64,000 nucleotides of DNA from Sminthopsis crassicaudata (GCF_048593235.1 NC_133620.1:371781261-371845260), one strand, 5' to 3'. Shown: positions 26,114 to 38,879, counted from the first letter of the stretch. Program-made: numbers and translations. The notes: generated by a model from the letters alone, not told the origin.

Positions 26114-26861
26114 CATATACTCTTCTTCCCTGATCTCTCCAGCAACCTGGATACCCTATATTATCCCCAAGGTACCCCTGGCTATTGGAATTGGTTGGGA
26201 AAGCACTATCTGGTGCTGAGCTGTACAGGTGTGTCCACACCATGCAAAGTGGTTCAAGCTGAAACTTGTTTCCTTCCCCAGGCAAAGAAGTCCTAGCTGT
26301 TCCTTTCCCCCCTTTCCCCTTTAGCTATCCTGATCCCTTGCACCTCCTCCTGTCACCACTCCCTTCATGTTTGCCTGCAATAGGCCCTGCTTTTGCCACT
26401 CTGGATTTTGTTCATGTGCCCCCAGAAAAAGAATTAAGCCCATGCCCAGGGAGTTGGGAGGATTGTGAGGGGGTGAGACTTGTTCTGAATTGATTTGGTT
26501 TTGCTTTTTCTTCCCCCAGAAATAGACACTGAGGCCTCCTGATCACCACCTTGGTATTCTGGGGATGGATTTGATCTGCCTAGACACAGGGTCCTCCCAC
26601 CCGCCTGCTCCTCCAATAACCTCAACAATGCCCCACTTGATTCTGCCTCCCTTTTCACCCAAACTTGGCCCTCCCAAAAATAAATCATTAACTCCCTGTT
26701 CCCTCCAGGCTAGCTCCTGGACAGGCCTTCCCTTTCCCCTCCCCCAACCTCAACCACCCACTTTTTCCTTCTGCCCCCCGCCATGCAGCTCCTTCCCTTT
26801 CTCCCCTCTGACTCTTAACTTCTTCCCTTCTCCCACAGAACCCAAGGTTCTCCAGTCTCAC

Positions 26862-26990
26862 CTGCCGCCTCGAGCCTCTTCCTCTTGTGGGTCTCTCCGA
26901 CCTGACTTCAGGTACAGCCAAGTAGTTCCTAGACCTGCCCAGACTCCTCCCTGATTTCTTCCCAATGACTCTCCTAACTCCCTTCCTGAT
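26862..26990 (-). other. S100A16: Probable non-coding exon 1 of S100A16
   Basis: Consensus donor GGCAG|GTGAGA at 26861, CpG-containing patch, TATA-like ATATAAA at 27018-27024. Position ~1.3 kb from the S100A14 3' end fits the human layout as recalled; start approximate. Confidence 0.55.
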
Positions 26991-28300
26991 TTGTTTGGCT
27001 GAGCTGGCTGAGTGGGGATATAAAGCGACTTAGCTCAATCTTTACCTGGCCGTAGGGTTGGGCCCTTATTAAAGAGACACACACCTTCCCCCCCCCCACC
27101 AAAAAAAAGGGTGTGTCAGGGAGGCTGGCTCTCTCCCAATTTACCCTCCCTCTTATTCCCCACCTTCTTCATCCCTCCCTGAAGTAACTGAGAAAGGGGT
27201 TGTCATCAACCACCTAGTTCACCTAGGTCATTCAGGGGACTAGTTTCAGGGGCCATAACGCACCCTAGCAGACAGACCAGTTAACATACCAGCCCTGCCC
27301 AGCCTAGCCTTCGGCAGGATAAGGACCCAGACTAGCCCTTACATTCCATACCCAAAGTTGGATTCCTTTAGGCTTTGGGCTTCCTGGTCATTTAGTCAGA
27401 GAACCCCTGGAGCCTAGCATTCTGGACCCAATTGGGGATCAACCCAGGCCCCATTTCTCAAAAATCTGGTCTTCCTTCCACAAAGGGTCCCAAGCATTTT
27501 TACCCTTTTCCTAAACAATTCCTTCCTTTCCTTCATTACCCCGTCCAGGACACCAAATAATTGGGATGGGGTACCTACCTAACTTCCTCTCTTCCCCTAC
27601 CACACCCAATCTCCCCAGGAAGCAAAAGAGGTAGTTGTGGTATTGGGGGGGGGGACTTTTTTTTTCTGGATTTGGGAAGTGTAGGTTCAAATCCCAGCTT
27701 TTCCACTAATAAATTGTGTGATCTTAGGTAAATTAATTAACATCACAATGAGTGCCTATTTTGTCATCTGCAAAAATAGGAATAATAATACCTCTACTCT
27801 CTACCTTACAGGACTGTTGTAGGCAACACATGAGGTAATTAATATAAAGTGTTTTGTAAACTGTAAAGCTATATATATTTCTATACATATATGGGTATAT
27901 ATATGTGTATACATATGCAAGTATGAGTGTATTATGTACATATGCATGTGTGGATATACATATGTACATACTTGGATGCATATATTTAAGTAAGCTTTAT
28001 TTCCAGAAAAACTGGGACTACCAGATTATGCATCAATAAAATGGCCCAGAGGGAAGCCCCCTCAACAAATAATCATCCAGAGGGCTCAAAGCCAAGATAG
28101 GAAAGATGTCCTATTGCTAGTCCAAAAGTCATCCTTGTTTAGGCTCAAAGAAATAAATTGATACTCAATTTCTATTACTCCACTACTACCATTACTCAAG
28201 ACCCATACCACCACCTCCCCATGAGGTTTCAGATCCTTGTTCCCTCCAAGATCCAGAAGAAAGTTTTAAATCACATCACCATATTTCTTTCTTTTTTTTT

Positions 28301-28306
28301 TTTATT
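28301..28306 (-). terminator. S100A14: Candidate poly(A) signal of S100A14 (proximal alternative at 28881-28886)
   Basis: AATAAA on - about 660 nt after the stop; a second one about 80 nt after the stop. Confidence 0.5.
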
Positions 28307-28963
28307 AAATCAAATGATACAAAATAGCCATCATTCCACAAATGCCCCAAGCATTAAGCCCCCTACCCTCAAATCACACCTTCCCTCATCTCAGATCAAC
28401 CATTGTCCCCTCTGCCCACTCCTTCCTTTTCTAAAAGGATAAAACCTAGAAAGGTTAGGGTCCTAGGATATGTGGGTGAAAGAGGGGAGGAAGGAAAAGG
28501 AGGAAAAGAGGAGAAAGAAAGGGACCTGTCTGGCTGGACGGTTATGCTTTAGAAAGGGATGAGGGCCAAAAGTTCACTTAGCACCACATCTACAATCTCC
28601 TAGCTCCCATGCCTGTCCCTCCCTTAATGAAATCAGTCCCCAACCCCTTCTGAATGCCCTCTCCACTCCAGTTCATGCCACCATTTTCCCTAAAAATCTG
28701 ACCCTCCACCTTGATTCCCCTCCTGTACTTCCTACTGAGGGGAGAACCCCAAGTCCACCTTCCAAAGTCCTGTAGAGCAGTCAGTGGGATGAATGCCCCA
28801 GTAGGAGAGGAAGATATACACAAAGCATTGGGGGAGGGAGGAGAGGAATAGGGTGGGGAACTAAGGAAAAAGAGAAAAACTTTATTTTTATGTTTACACA
28901 GTCTCTGGGTGGGGGGGCTCCTTCCCACCCCGTCCCAAGACTCCTAGGTGGGGGGGGGGAGGC

Positions 28964-29101
28964 TCAGTTTCCCCGGCTCAAGTTCTCTAGCTTCACACTC
29001 TTGGCTGCTTCTCCGATTAGCTCCCAGAAGCTCCCGAACTCTAACTTGGAGTCATTGCAGCTGCCCAAGTTGGCGATTTTCTCATCCAGCCCACAGCTGC
29101 C
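28964..29101 (-). CDS. S100A14: S100A14 last coding exon ([45 protein letters not shown])
   Basis: Acceptor ctgtctttcctcag|GGC; TGA at 28966-28964; matches S100A14 C-terminus. Confidence 0.96.
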   Translation of the reverse strand, partial: GSCGLDEKIANLGSCNDSKLEFGSFWELIGEAAKSVKLENLSRGN

Positions 29102-29382
29102 CTGAGGAAAGACAGGGAGTGGAGCAGAGGGGAGACACCCACAGCTCAAAAAGACAGTTTCCATCCTAGCCTTCCCACCCCACCCCACTCCACCCCTCCA
29201 AAGAAAGACATAAGCCCAAGGAGGGGCCCTTTCCCCCCCCCCCAGCCAGGGAGTAGGGTAATCAATCAACAAGCATTTGTAAGCCCAAAGTCCTACTATC
29301 CAAATTTAGTGGGGGGAAAAGAGAAAAACAGGGGAATACACATCCACAGAGACACATGGTTCAAGTGCTGGGTCTTCCATAC

Positions 29383-29529
29383 CGGCATAAGATGCGGTAG
29401 CTGCTGGGTGACCAGATCCCGAAGCTCAGAAGGTGTCAGTGTCTCCTTCTTCCCTTCTACTGAATACTGATGAAAGTTTTTGATGAGGGTCTCAATGGCC
29501 CGTTCCACGTCACTAAATTCCTGGGCATC
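29383..29529 (-). CDS. S100A14: S100A14 middle coding exon ([49 protein letters not shown])
   Basis: Acceptor cctaag|GAT, donor CCG|GTATGG; 49 codons, phase 0. Confidence 0.96.
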
Positions 29530-30429
29530 CTTAGGACAGGGGCAGGAGAGAGACAAAATCAAAGAGGTGGTTCCCACCCTCAAGACCCAGGCTCACCATA
29601 GAACATCCCATTTAAGGAGAGTGTTCTGGTTCTGCCTGGAAATCTCTCACCCACCCACCAATGACATGATTACTATTTATAGGTTCATCCATTGGTACAA
29701 ACACCTTCTTGCTCTGAAAATCCTATCAATCTTCCTCTTCAACTTTATCAATCCTCCCCATATTCTTCCCTTTTCTGGAGGCCCTCTCCCCAAACCATAG
29801 AAGTCTCCTCCTTCTATTGAGTGCCACTCTAGAAAATGCCAAAGCAAGAGAGGGATACAATCCTCTCGGCCCCTAGCTTTCCACCCTCTTTTTTGTCCAG
29901 AATCATTCTCCATTTTTCTCCTGGTGCAAGTTTTTCCCTCTGCCCCCAACCAGATCCACGTGGGAAGCCTTGAGTAATAGGTTGGGCAAATCTACCCCCC
30001 CCCAACTCTCCCAGCCAGGGCAGGTCCCAGCACGTGGGTCCTGCCTGGCTGGCTCTCCCAGGGAAGGCTCTCCAGTGACAGGCTATGTGGGAAAAAGAGA
30101 GCAGGTTCTTCCCTGGCTTTGGGAATTCTACACCAAGCTATAGGATCTAGCTCAGAAAACTATAGAAAGGGACAGAAGTCAGAGGGAATCCTGGTGAAGA
30201 GGGCATGAGAATCAAGTGGGAGCCTGGGAGTTAAAGGAGGGAAATCTGGGAGTCAAAGGAAAGGGGGCTCAGTTTCAATGGAAGTTAGATGGGTTCCAGA
30301 CTCAGGGGGAAGAAAAAGAGTGGGAATGGGGTGAGGTGAGTCGAAGAGAGGATAGGGAGAAAAAGAAAAAAAGGGTCAGAGGCTAGTGAGGGATTCTAGG
30401 GCAGAAGGCAGGGGAATGAATGAACCAAC

Positions 30430-30459
30430 CTCAGCATTTGCAGAATGACACTGTCCCAT
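30430..30459 (-). CDS. S100A14: S100A14 first coding exon (MGQCHSANAE)
   Basis: ATG at 30459, donor GAG|GTTGGT; matches human MGQCRSANAE; 10+49+45=104 aa. Confidence 0.93.
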
Positions 30460-31049
30460 GATGACGTGGGTGAGTGGGCTGGGAACAGGGGTCACTTCTT
30501 GGTTATCTGGGAGTTTTCTCCTATAGTGTGTCTCTGAGGGACCAGTGGCTCATCTTCTGCTTGGCAAGTGTGAGAGATCTGATATGAGGGGGAAGCTGAG
30601 GATTCCATCTCCCCCTGGCCCCACCCACCCACATGACTTTGCCCCTCCCTCCAGGAAGCTGGAAACGGGAGGTGGGGAGAGGGTCAGGGCCAGCTCTCCA
30701 TCACTCCACACCCAGAAACACAGACATACATGCACCCTTAAGAAAGGGGGGAGTTTCTGTTTCAGGATACCCCTTGGTCCAAAGCCCTCCTCAGTTCTGA
30801 TCTCCCCAGATCCTGAAATGGTATCATCTCTCTTCATCAGCTTGGGCACAATATTATCCTAATTATCCTGTCCTCCAAGCCCCAATATTTGGATCTCCTA
30901 GTCCCAAGGGTTTCCTTCCCTCTGAACCTTAAAGGAGATGGGTAGGGGTAGTTTCTCTAAAGGAAGTCTTCTCTTCAAGGTATCCCCAAGAGTAGCAGTG
31001 GGGAGAAAGTTATGGAGACCCCATTATGATAAGGCTTGGGTTCACTTAC

Positions 31050-31108
31050 CTGCTAGGGCTTCTGGGACCGAGACAGGAGGAGCCGGCTCACCTGGCCCAG
31101 CCCTTATA
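31050..31108 (-). promoter_or_regulatory. S100A14: S100A14 TATA box (TATAAG 31108-31103) and short non-coding exon 1 ending at 31050
   Basis: TATAAG followed ~55 nt later by a perfect CAG|GTAAGT donor; GC box ccgccc near 31228. Confidence 0.75.
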
Positions 31109-33470
31109 CCTAGGGGAGTGGAAAGGAGGAGGAGAAGAGTAGTAGGGAGGAGAGACGAAGAGGGGGAAGGGTTTTCAGTTGGGTTATGCAGCAGCTGCTG
31201 TACAGGCCAGGCTCGGAGCCAGAGGGTCCGCCCCTCTCTTAAGAGGGAGGGACCAGAAGTCCAGAACCAAGCAAGGCAGGCTGCCCCTCTGACCCAGACA
31301 GGACAAGGGAGAAAGGAAGGTTGGGAGACTTAGCAAGAGAGCAACATCAGTGGGCATAGGAACGGGGCTGGGATCTGGGAATGGGAAAGATGACAGGAAA
31401 ATTCAGATCCCAGGAACTAGGAAAACCATTGTGAATAAGGGAGACTGGGAAGGGGGAAGAGATGGGGAAGCTGGGAAGGAAGATGGTCAGTAACAGGTGG
31501 TATGGAGATGAGGAAGGGTTTTATGAGTTTGCCCCTATTTCCAGAAGACAGGATACAGGAAATGGGGGAGAGTCCAGGGAAGAGGCCATGGTACAGAGTT
31601 AGTGTAGGAAGCTGGGACTCTCTCCCCAGCCTTCCTCAATTGCTTGGGTCACTCTGCAGCTGATTCCTGACCTGCTGAACTAGGGAAGGGAGAGGAGTCA
31701 GCCGAAACTTTGCTGTACTTTTGAGAGTCCGCCCCCACATTGTGTGAATTTGTACAGTCATCCTTTTTTTTTTTTTTTTAAATCCTGTGGTTTCATTGGT
31801 ATAGGGGACTCCTTACAACTGTTCTGTTAAGAGTAGTTAAAGTTTAAGGGATTTACCTTGTGTGGGAAGGAAATGATTTGACCTAGAGTTTCCTAAATCT
31901 GAGACTGGCTTTCTGTCCATTTTAATGCTTGTTAAACTTTGATTATCCTAACTCCAGCCTGCTCCTATTTTCTGAATGGAAGAAGTCTGGGGCTGGTTAG
32001 TGAGAGTGAGCTGCAAGGAAGGCATCTTGTCAAGAAGTCAGCCTGATACATTTTTTCAAATGAATGGCCAATGTGAGAGTTTGTATTCTGCTTGACTATG
32101 CCTACTTATAAGGGCTTTTTATTGTTTTATTGAAGGAGAGTAAGACAGAAAAAAAAAATGCTTATTCGTTGTAATAATATAAAAGATATCAATAAAAAAT
32201 TAACTTCAGAAAGAAAACAGAACCAGCCTACTACTGGGGAGCTGTGGTTTCTTTTCCTCCTTGAGCATTCCTCTAGATAGGATCTCAGTACAGATGTTTA
32301 GTGGGGTTCAACTGGGAGAGGACAAACATGGACTCCAACTCTCCAAACTGGTTGAGTTGCCTGCCACTCCCTCACCTCCTCTAACAAGAAATGTGGTAGA
32401 GAACCCTCTAGTTCTTGGAGCAAGTTCCTTGGAAGAACAAGACCTTTGCACCTCAGGAGCCTTACCTAGCCCTTCCCAATTGCCATAGCCCATGGTATGG
32501 TCTCCCTGTAATCATAGAAAATGTAAGGTGGAGAGAATGGAGAAGGAAGCACAGTGTAAGGGAGGGGAGTCAGGGATTTTTCTTCCAAAACTCTGAAACT
32601 TTCGAGGGGCTGCTGGACATCTCCCTCCTCAGGTTCTCAGTGTGAGTCCCTCTGTGCAATCGCTTCAGCATGAACTGCCCTGCCTTTGCCCCCTCTTGTG
32701 GCAAGAACTGTCTCAGACTTTTTCAAGAGATTTGAGGATGGATAATAGCTGTGTTGCTATATTCCTTGATCTGGAAAAATAGTCAGCTCATACATGGAGA
32801 GGAAAGGAAATGAGTGAATAAAACTCTAAAGTTGAAGCCCAAATGAGGGGCAAACATCAAGAATGCTAGAGCCATGAGCCATGCTAGAGATATCAATAAT
32901 TCAGCAAGCTAGGAACCAGGTCAATGGGCATCCTTAACCCACCACCAACCCAGGCATCCTAGAATCTCTCCCTGCCTCCTTTGCCCCTTTCTCCTGAATT
33001 GCATCACTATTGGCCATTCATTCACTCAACAAACATTTACTGGATGATACTTTAGTCAATGCAGAGGAAGCATTGTGCAGTGAATAGAGAGATGGCCTTG
33101 AAGACAAGATTTAGTCAAAGTTACCTCAGAAGCCCACAAGCTGTATGACCCTAGTCAAGGTGACTCTCCCAAGCTATAAAGTTTCCTCAGAGTTTCCAAT
33201 ACTGATGAAATCACAGGTCTAGTTCCTAGCTGTACTGTACGCAATCCAGGCCTTTTATGGGTATCACTTGACTGCCTGACCTCAGTTTCTTCAACTGTGA
33301 AATGGAATGTCTGCCTGATTGACAGAGTAATTGTGATGACTGTCCTTGGTAAACCTTACAGTATAATGTGTCACTCTGCCTCAGGTCCAGCACCCTTTCC
33401 TGAGCCCTGGAAGGAATGTATGAAGAATCTGGGAGGAGCAAGAAAAAGCAGACTTGTATTTCAAGACAAC

Positions 33471-33476
33471 TTTATT
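33471..33476 (-). terminator. S100A13: Poly(A) signal of S100A13
   Basis: AATAAA on - about 67 nt after the stop. Confidence 0.7.
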
Positions 33477-33542
33477 AGGGGGACAGCAGGGACAGCCATG
33501 CTGCCTTCCCCTACTCTCCACCCAAACCTCCCTATATCAGCT

Positions 33543-33686
33543 TCACTTCTTCCGGATTTCTGCAGCTTTTTCTTTCTTCATCTCCTTAGCCAGTTCCCCA
33601 ATAAGCCTCCAGTATTCATGGAACTTGAGCTCAGAATCCTGATTCACATCCAAACTCTTCATCTTCTCATCCAGGGAGCCTACATC
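33543..33686 (-). CDS. S100A13: S100A13 last coding exon (DVGSLDEKMKSLDVNQDSELKFHEYWRLIGELAKEMKKEKAAEIRKK*)
   Basis: Acceptor ttttctgtctccctag|GAT; EF-hand DVNQDSELKFHE; basic IRKK tail typical of S100A13; TGA at 33545-33543. Not captured by the ORF track. Confidence 0.96.
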   Translation of the reverse strand, partial: DVGSLDEKMKSLDVNQDSELKFHEYWRLIGELAKEMKKEKAAEIRKK

Positions 33687-33937
33687 CTAGGGAGACAGAA
33701 AAGGTGTGTGGGGAGGGGCAAAGAAGAAGCCTTAGGAGAGAAAAAAATGGAACCTTTATAGAATGGCAGAACCAAAACAACATTTTTTTTTCCAGTCCAG
33801 GGCTCCCCAGACTAAGTTCTGAAAAAGCCCAGTATTCTTAGAGATGGGGAATAGGATTTTTTGCAGGAAATTCCCAATGCTAATATTTTTCCTCATAAAT
33901 ATTAGATATGAAATTATATATTAAAAATACTACTTAT

Positions 33938-34082
33938 AGGGGAAGCTAGAAAGTGCAGTGGATACAGAACTGAAATCAGGAGGATCTGAGTTCAAATCTG
34001 GCCTCAGACACTTAACATGGTCTAGCTGTGTGACCCTGGGTAAGTCATTTAACCCCAATTGCCTCAGCAAAAATAAATAAAT
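33938..34082 (+). mobile_element. WSINE1-like SINE with 13-bp target-site duplication
   Basis: ggggaagctag...gtcatttaaccccaattgcctcagcaaaaataaataaata. Flanks aaatactacttat (33925-33937) and aaatagtacttat (34083-34095). Confidence 0.85.
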
Positions 34083-34193
34083 AAATAGTACTTATGAATT
34101 GTTAGGGAATAAAAATAGACTTTATTTCTCCTTATTTTGCCCTAAAATTTCTCCAGGTCCTTGTTTATCCTGAGGAATTCTAAACTCATAGAT

Positions 34194-34380
34194 CAGGGAT
34201 TTTCAATTTTTTTTTCCATTCTCAACTCCTTTTCACCTGAGAAATATTTCCATGATTTCAGGTATATAGGTGTATGAAATAGGTATTCAAATCAAACATT
34301 CACTAATAACATAATTTCATGATCCCCACATTCAGTTACAAGGCCCCATTCAGTGATGACTCACAATTTAAGAAGCTGGG
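34194..34380. mobile_element. hAT/Charlie-type non-autonomous DNA transposon (MITE)
   Basis: Imperfect terminal inverted repeats (cagggattttcaattt...aatttaagaagctg); flanks tcatagat/ccctagat resemble an 8-bp NNCTAGAN target duplication. Confidence 0.5.
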
Positions 34381-34404
34381 CCCTAGATCAGCATTTATTG
34401 TTGC

Positions 34405-34625
34405 TTGAATGTTTCTCAGCCAGATTCAACTCTTTTTAACTCCATTTGGGGCTTTCTTGGCAAAGATATTAGAGTGGTTTGCCATTTACTTCTCCAGCTT
34501 GTCTACAAATGGAGAAACTAAGGCAAACAGAGTTGACAAACTTATTCAGGGTCACACAACTAGGAACTATCTGAGGCCAGAGTGGAACTCAGGAAGATGA
34601 GTCTCCCTAACTCCTGTGGCACCTC
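34405..34625 (-). mobile_element. Mar1-like SINE
   Basis: ccatttggggctttcttggcaaagatattagagtggtttgccattt...cagggtcacacaactagg...aggaagatgagtctcc. Confidence 0.8.
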
Positions 34626-35639
34626 ATTCTCAGCATTTTATGTGTATACATATATATGTATGTTTATACACATATCATATATGATTATTATATATTATAT
34701 ACATTTATTATATGAGATAACTAATTTCTATATAAATCATATTATACTTATATTATTTATTACATAACAAAGTGACAAATCAGCTCAGAAAAGGAAAAAA
34801 AAAAGGAAAGGGAAGATAGTTTGAATGAGCTGAATAGCTTTGTTCTGAATGTGTGTTTGGAAATTGTGTTTGGAAAGGAAGATCACAAATTTAGAACTAG
34901 AAAGGACTTTAGAAGTCATCCATCCCAGTATTCTTAATTTACAAATGAGGATGCTGAGGACCAGAGAGAAAGGACTTGCTACTGACAGAGCTAGATTCAG
35001 GCTCTTAACACAGTGTTCTTTCTAACCCACGAATAGGCAGGGTTTTCAAACCTGTGAGCTTTTGCTTTGTACTGTTTTGTTTTAATATTCTGGTAAATGT
35101 ATTTCCACAGAATTTGCTTCACTAGATCCATAAAGGAGTCCAAGACACTAAAAAAATAAAAATAAAAAATAAAAAAACCCTCTAAATTAGAGAAAATGAT
35201 AGGAAAAGATGAGGATGTGGGAAGTGACCACAAAGAATAGAAAAGGAAAAGGACTTTAGATCTTAGTGTGTTACCAAATGTTAGGGCATGAAGACAATGA
35301 TAAAACAGGACAATGCAAATGTGTGCCTATCCTTGGACTCTGTCCAAAATAATCTTGACTCATAGGAAGAGTTTTGGAAGATCAATGTATCAAATCAGGG
35401 CTCAGAAAACATGTGCTACTGTGGCAAAGAGGAGAGTTGAACAATGTTGCATTTTGTGGAATCATGTCTCCAATCACTGGTATTCTGCCTGAACTCCTTC
35501 CTTAATTATTAACATACTTTCATTTTGTAATATTTTATCTGTCTCTGGGATTCTGAAAGCCTAAACTATCACTGTACAACTCTGGAGTCTTTATTCGCAG
35601 TCTTTGTTAACCCAATCAATCCCTCCAATGTCCCACTTC

Positions 35640-36715
35640 AGATCTACCCAATCCTTCCACTGTGCTATCTGAAATGCTTGCTCCATAATTAACAAATCCA
35701 CTTTTATCTTAAATCACTTCCTTTTTCACTCCCTCCATCTTCTTGTACTCTGAGACCTGGCTCCCTTCTGATAACACAGCAACCCTAGTAACCCCTACTA
35801 ACAATGGTTAAATTTTCACTCATTAACCATAGTCATGAATCATAGTAGGGGAGTTGGAATATTCTTTTCTCTCCATTGCCACATCCAGACTCTCCCTCTA
35901 CCAACATCACTCAATACATTCTCCTCTCTTTCATTGAAGCTTATTCAGTTCATATTTATGACCCAATTAAGATTTTCCCCAGGACACTGTCTTTTCTTCC
36001 TTAAAGAATTTAGTCACTGATGTTTGGTCTCCCTCCTCCCCAATTCCTACCCTCATACTAAGGAACTTGAATATACATATTGATATTTCCTTAAATACTC
36101 TAAATTCTCAGTTACTCTATTCCACAACCTATTTCTACATTACATCTCAGATTTACCCAAAGATGGTCAAACTTTTCATCTTGCCATCATCCACAACTAA
36201 TCCACTTCTTTGTTCATGAACTCTGAAATACTTTTTTTGACTATATTTTGTGATTCTATCTTTTATTTTGTCAACCCTTTTCTTTGTTCTCACCATGACT
36301 TCCAATTCTTCTACCCCTCAGTTCTTTCCCATGCCATCTCTCTTATACTGATTGTATTCTTTCCTATTTTAACCCTTTGGGTTAAATGATTCAATTCTGT
36401 ATTATTCAACTCCCTTGCCCTCTTGACATACTGCTAAACATGCCCTACCAAGCATGGTGGAATTATTCCCACCTCTGTTTTTGCTCCTATTCTAGTGCTA
36501 CTGCAGAAATCTACAAAAAAATCAAGAAACCATATTGACTGGGTTCATTAAAAATTTACATTACATAATATCAACTGGGGCCTGACTGTAACAAAACAAT
36601 CCTTTTACATCTTCAAAAATTAAATCCCACATTAGCTTTTGCCAAATCTTTTCATTGCTCCCCAAACTTTCTGAAGATTCCCTTTCCCCTATCCTCTTGG
36701 TTGAAAACCCTGTCC
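35640..36715 (+). mobile_element. L2 LINE internal fragment, interrupted by L1 and resuming at ~38525-38870
   Basis: Pyrimidine-rich L2 ORF2-like sequence (tactctgagacctggctccc...) on both sides of the L1/MIR insertions. Confidence 0.55.
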
Positions 36716-37918
36716 TTACAGAGGATAGTCTACCTCTCAGACCTATGGAGGAGGAAGGAATTTATGACAAGAGGAGAACTAGAGATCATTATTGATCACA
36801 AAATAAAAGATTTTGATTACATCAAACTAAAAAGTTCCTGTACAAACAATACTAATTCAAACAAGATTAGAAAGGAAGTAACAAATTGGGAAAATATTTT
36901 TACAGTTAAAGGTTCTGATAAAGGTCTCATTTCCAAAATATATAGAGGATTGATCCTAATTTATAAGAAATCAAACCATTCTCCAATTGATAAATGGTCA
37001 AAGGATATGAACAGACAATTCTCAGATAATGAAATTGAAACTATATCCACTCATATGAAAGAGTGTTCCAAGTCACTACTGATCAGAGAAATGCAAATTA
37101 AGACAACTCTGAGATATCACTTTACACTTGTCAGATTGGCTAAGATGACAGGAACAAATAATGATGAATGTTGGAGGGGATGTGGGAAAACAGGGACACT
37201 AATACATTGTTGGTGGAGTTGTGAAAGAATCCAGATATTCTGGAGAGCAATTTGGAACTATGCCCAAAAAGTTATCAAACTGTGCATACCCTTTGATCCA
37301 GAAGTGCTATTACTGGGCTTATACAAAAAAAATACTAAAGAGGGGAAAGGGACTTGTGTGTGCCAAAATGTTTGTAGCAGCTCTTTTCGTAGTGGCTAAA
37401 AACTGGAAGATGAATGGATGTCCATCAATTGGAGAATGGTTGGGTAAATTATGGTATATGAAGGCTATGGAATATTATTGTTGTGTAAGAAATGACCAAC
37501 AGGATGAATACAGAGAGGCTTGGAGAGACTTACATCAACTGATGCTGAATGAAAAGAGCAGAATTAGGAGATCACTATACACTTCAATAACAATACTGTA
37601 TGAAGATATATTCTGATGGAAGTGGATATCTTCAACATAAAGAAGAGCCAATTCACTTCCAGCTGATCAATGATGGACAGAAACAACTACACCCAGAGAA
37701 GGAACACTGGGAAGCGAATGTAAAATATTAGCACTACTTCTATCTACCCAGGTTACTTATACCTTCGGAAACCAATATTTAACGTGCAACAAGAAAATTG
37801 GATTTACACACATATATTGTATCTAGGTTATACTGTAACACATGTAAAATGTATAGGATTGCCTGTCATCTAGGGGAGGGAGTAGAGGGAGGGAGGGGAA
37901 ATTTTGGAAAAATGAATA
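36716..37918 (+). mobile_element. Relatively young 5'-truncated L1 (ORF2 C-terminus and 3'UTR), antisense in S100A13 intron
   Basis: ORFs 36701-37399 and 37221-37616 give contiguous L1 ORF2 C-terminus (HSPIDKWSKDMNRQFS...CWRGCGKTGTLIHCWWSC...FVAALFVVAKNWK) split by one frameshift near 37325; G-rich 3' end runs into a gap. Confidence 0.95.
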
Positions 37919-38289
37919 NNNNNNNNNNNNNNNNNNNNNNNNNNNNNNNNNNNNNNNNNNNNNNNNNNNNNNNNNNNNNNNNNNNNNNNNNNNNNNNNNN
38001 NNNNNNNNNNNNNNNNNNNNNNNNNNNNNNNNNNNNNNNNNNNNNNNNNNNNNNNNNNNNNNNNNNNNNNNNNNNNNNNNNNNNNNNNNNNNNNNNNNNN
38101 NNNNNNNNNNNNNNNNNNNNNNNNNNNNNNNNNNNNNNNNNNNNNNNNNNNNNNNNNNNNNNNNNNNNNNNNNNNNNNNNNNNNNNNNNNNNNNNNNNNN
38201 NNNNNNNNNNNNNNNNNNNNNNNNNNNNNNNNNNNNNNNNNNNNNNNNNNNNNNNNNNNNNNNNNNNNNNNNNNNNNNNNNNNNNNNNN
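37919..38289. other. Assembly gap (371 N)
   Basis: Run of N at the L1 tail. Confidence 1.
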
Positions 38290-38879
38290 CCAGTAATAGC
38301 TAGGCGGTAGCTTGGATAAAGCTTGAACTTAGAAATCAGAAAGATCTGGATTCAAATCCTATCTCAGACACTTACTTAGTTTTCTGAGTAACTGTGACTC
38401 AGTTTTCTCATCTATGAAGTAAGTATAATTACAAGCAGCTATCTCACAGGATTGCAAGCATCAAGCAAAATAAATATAAAAATGCTATATAAATTTTAAC
38501 CTTTATTATTATTTCACTGAAAAAATTTGAGCTCCCTCTTCTCTCATCCTCATCATATATTACTCAGATACCTTTCCCTGCTATCTCTTCCTTTACCTCT
38601 GTCTCACATAAAAAAGTGGTTCTGCTTGCCAAAGTTCAAATTTTCAAGTGATCCAATTCCATTCTATCCTCCCCAACAGATATTTCCCTCTATCACTTCT
38701 GTTCTCACACTAATCTTCAGTCGCTTCCCTTCTATTAGTTCCTTCCCTGATGCCAATAAACATGAATTTACCTTTACCATTCTCAAAAAACCCACCATCT
38801 TGATCCATCCATCTTTCCTAACTATAGTCCCATTTCTCTCCTCCTTTTTGTGTTCTTAAACTCCTTGAGAAGGCCATGT

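Noticed and set aside
32686-32702. CTCF-like CCACAAGAGGGGGCA
   Set aside because: Spacing does not fit the core motif without a 2-nt shift or three mismatches.
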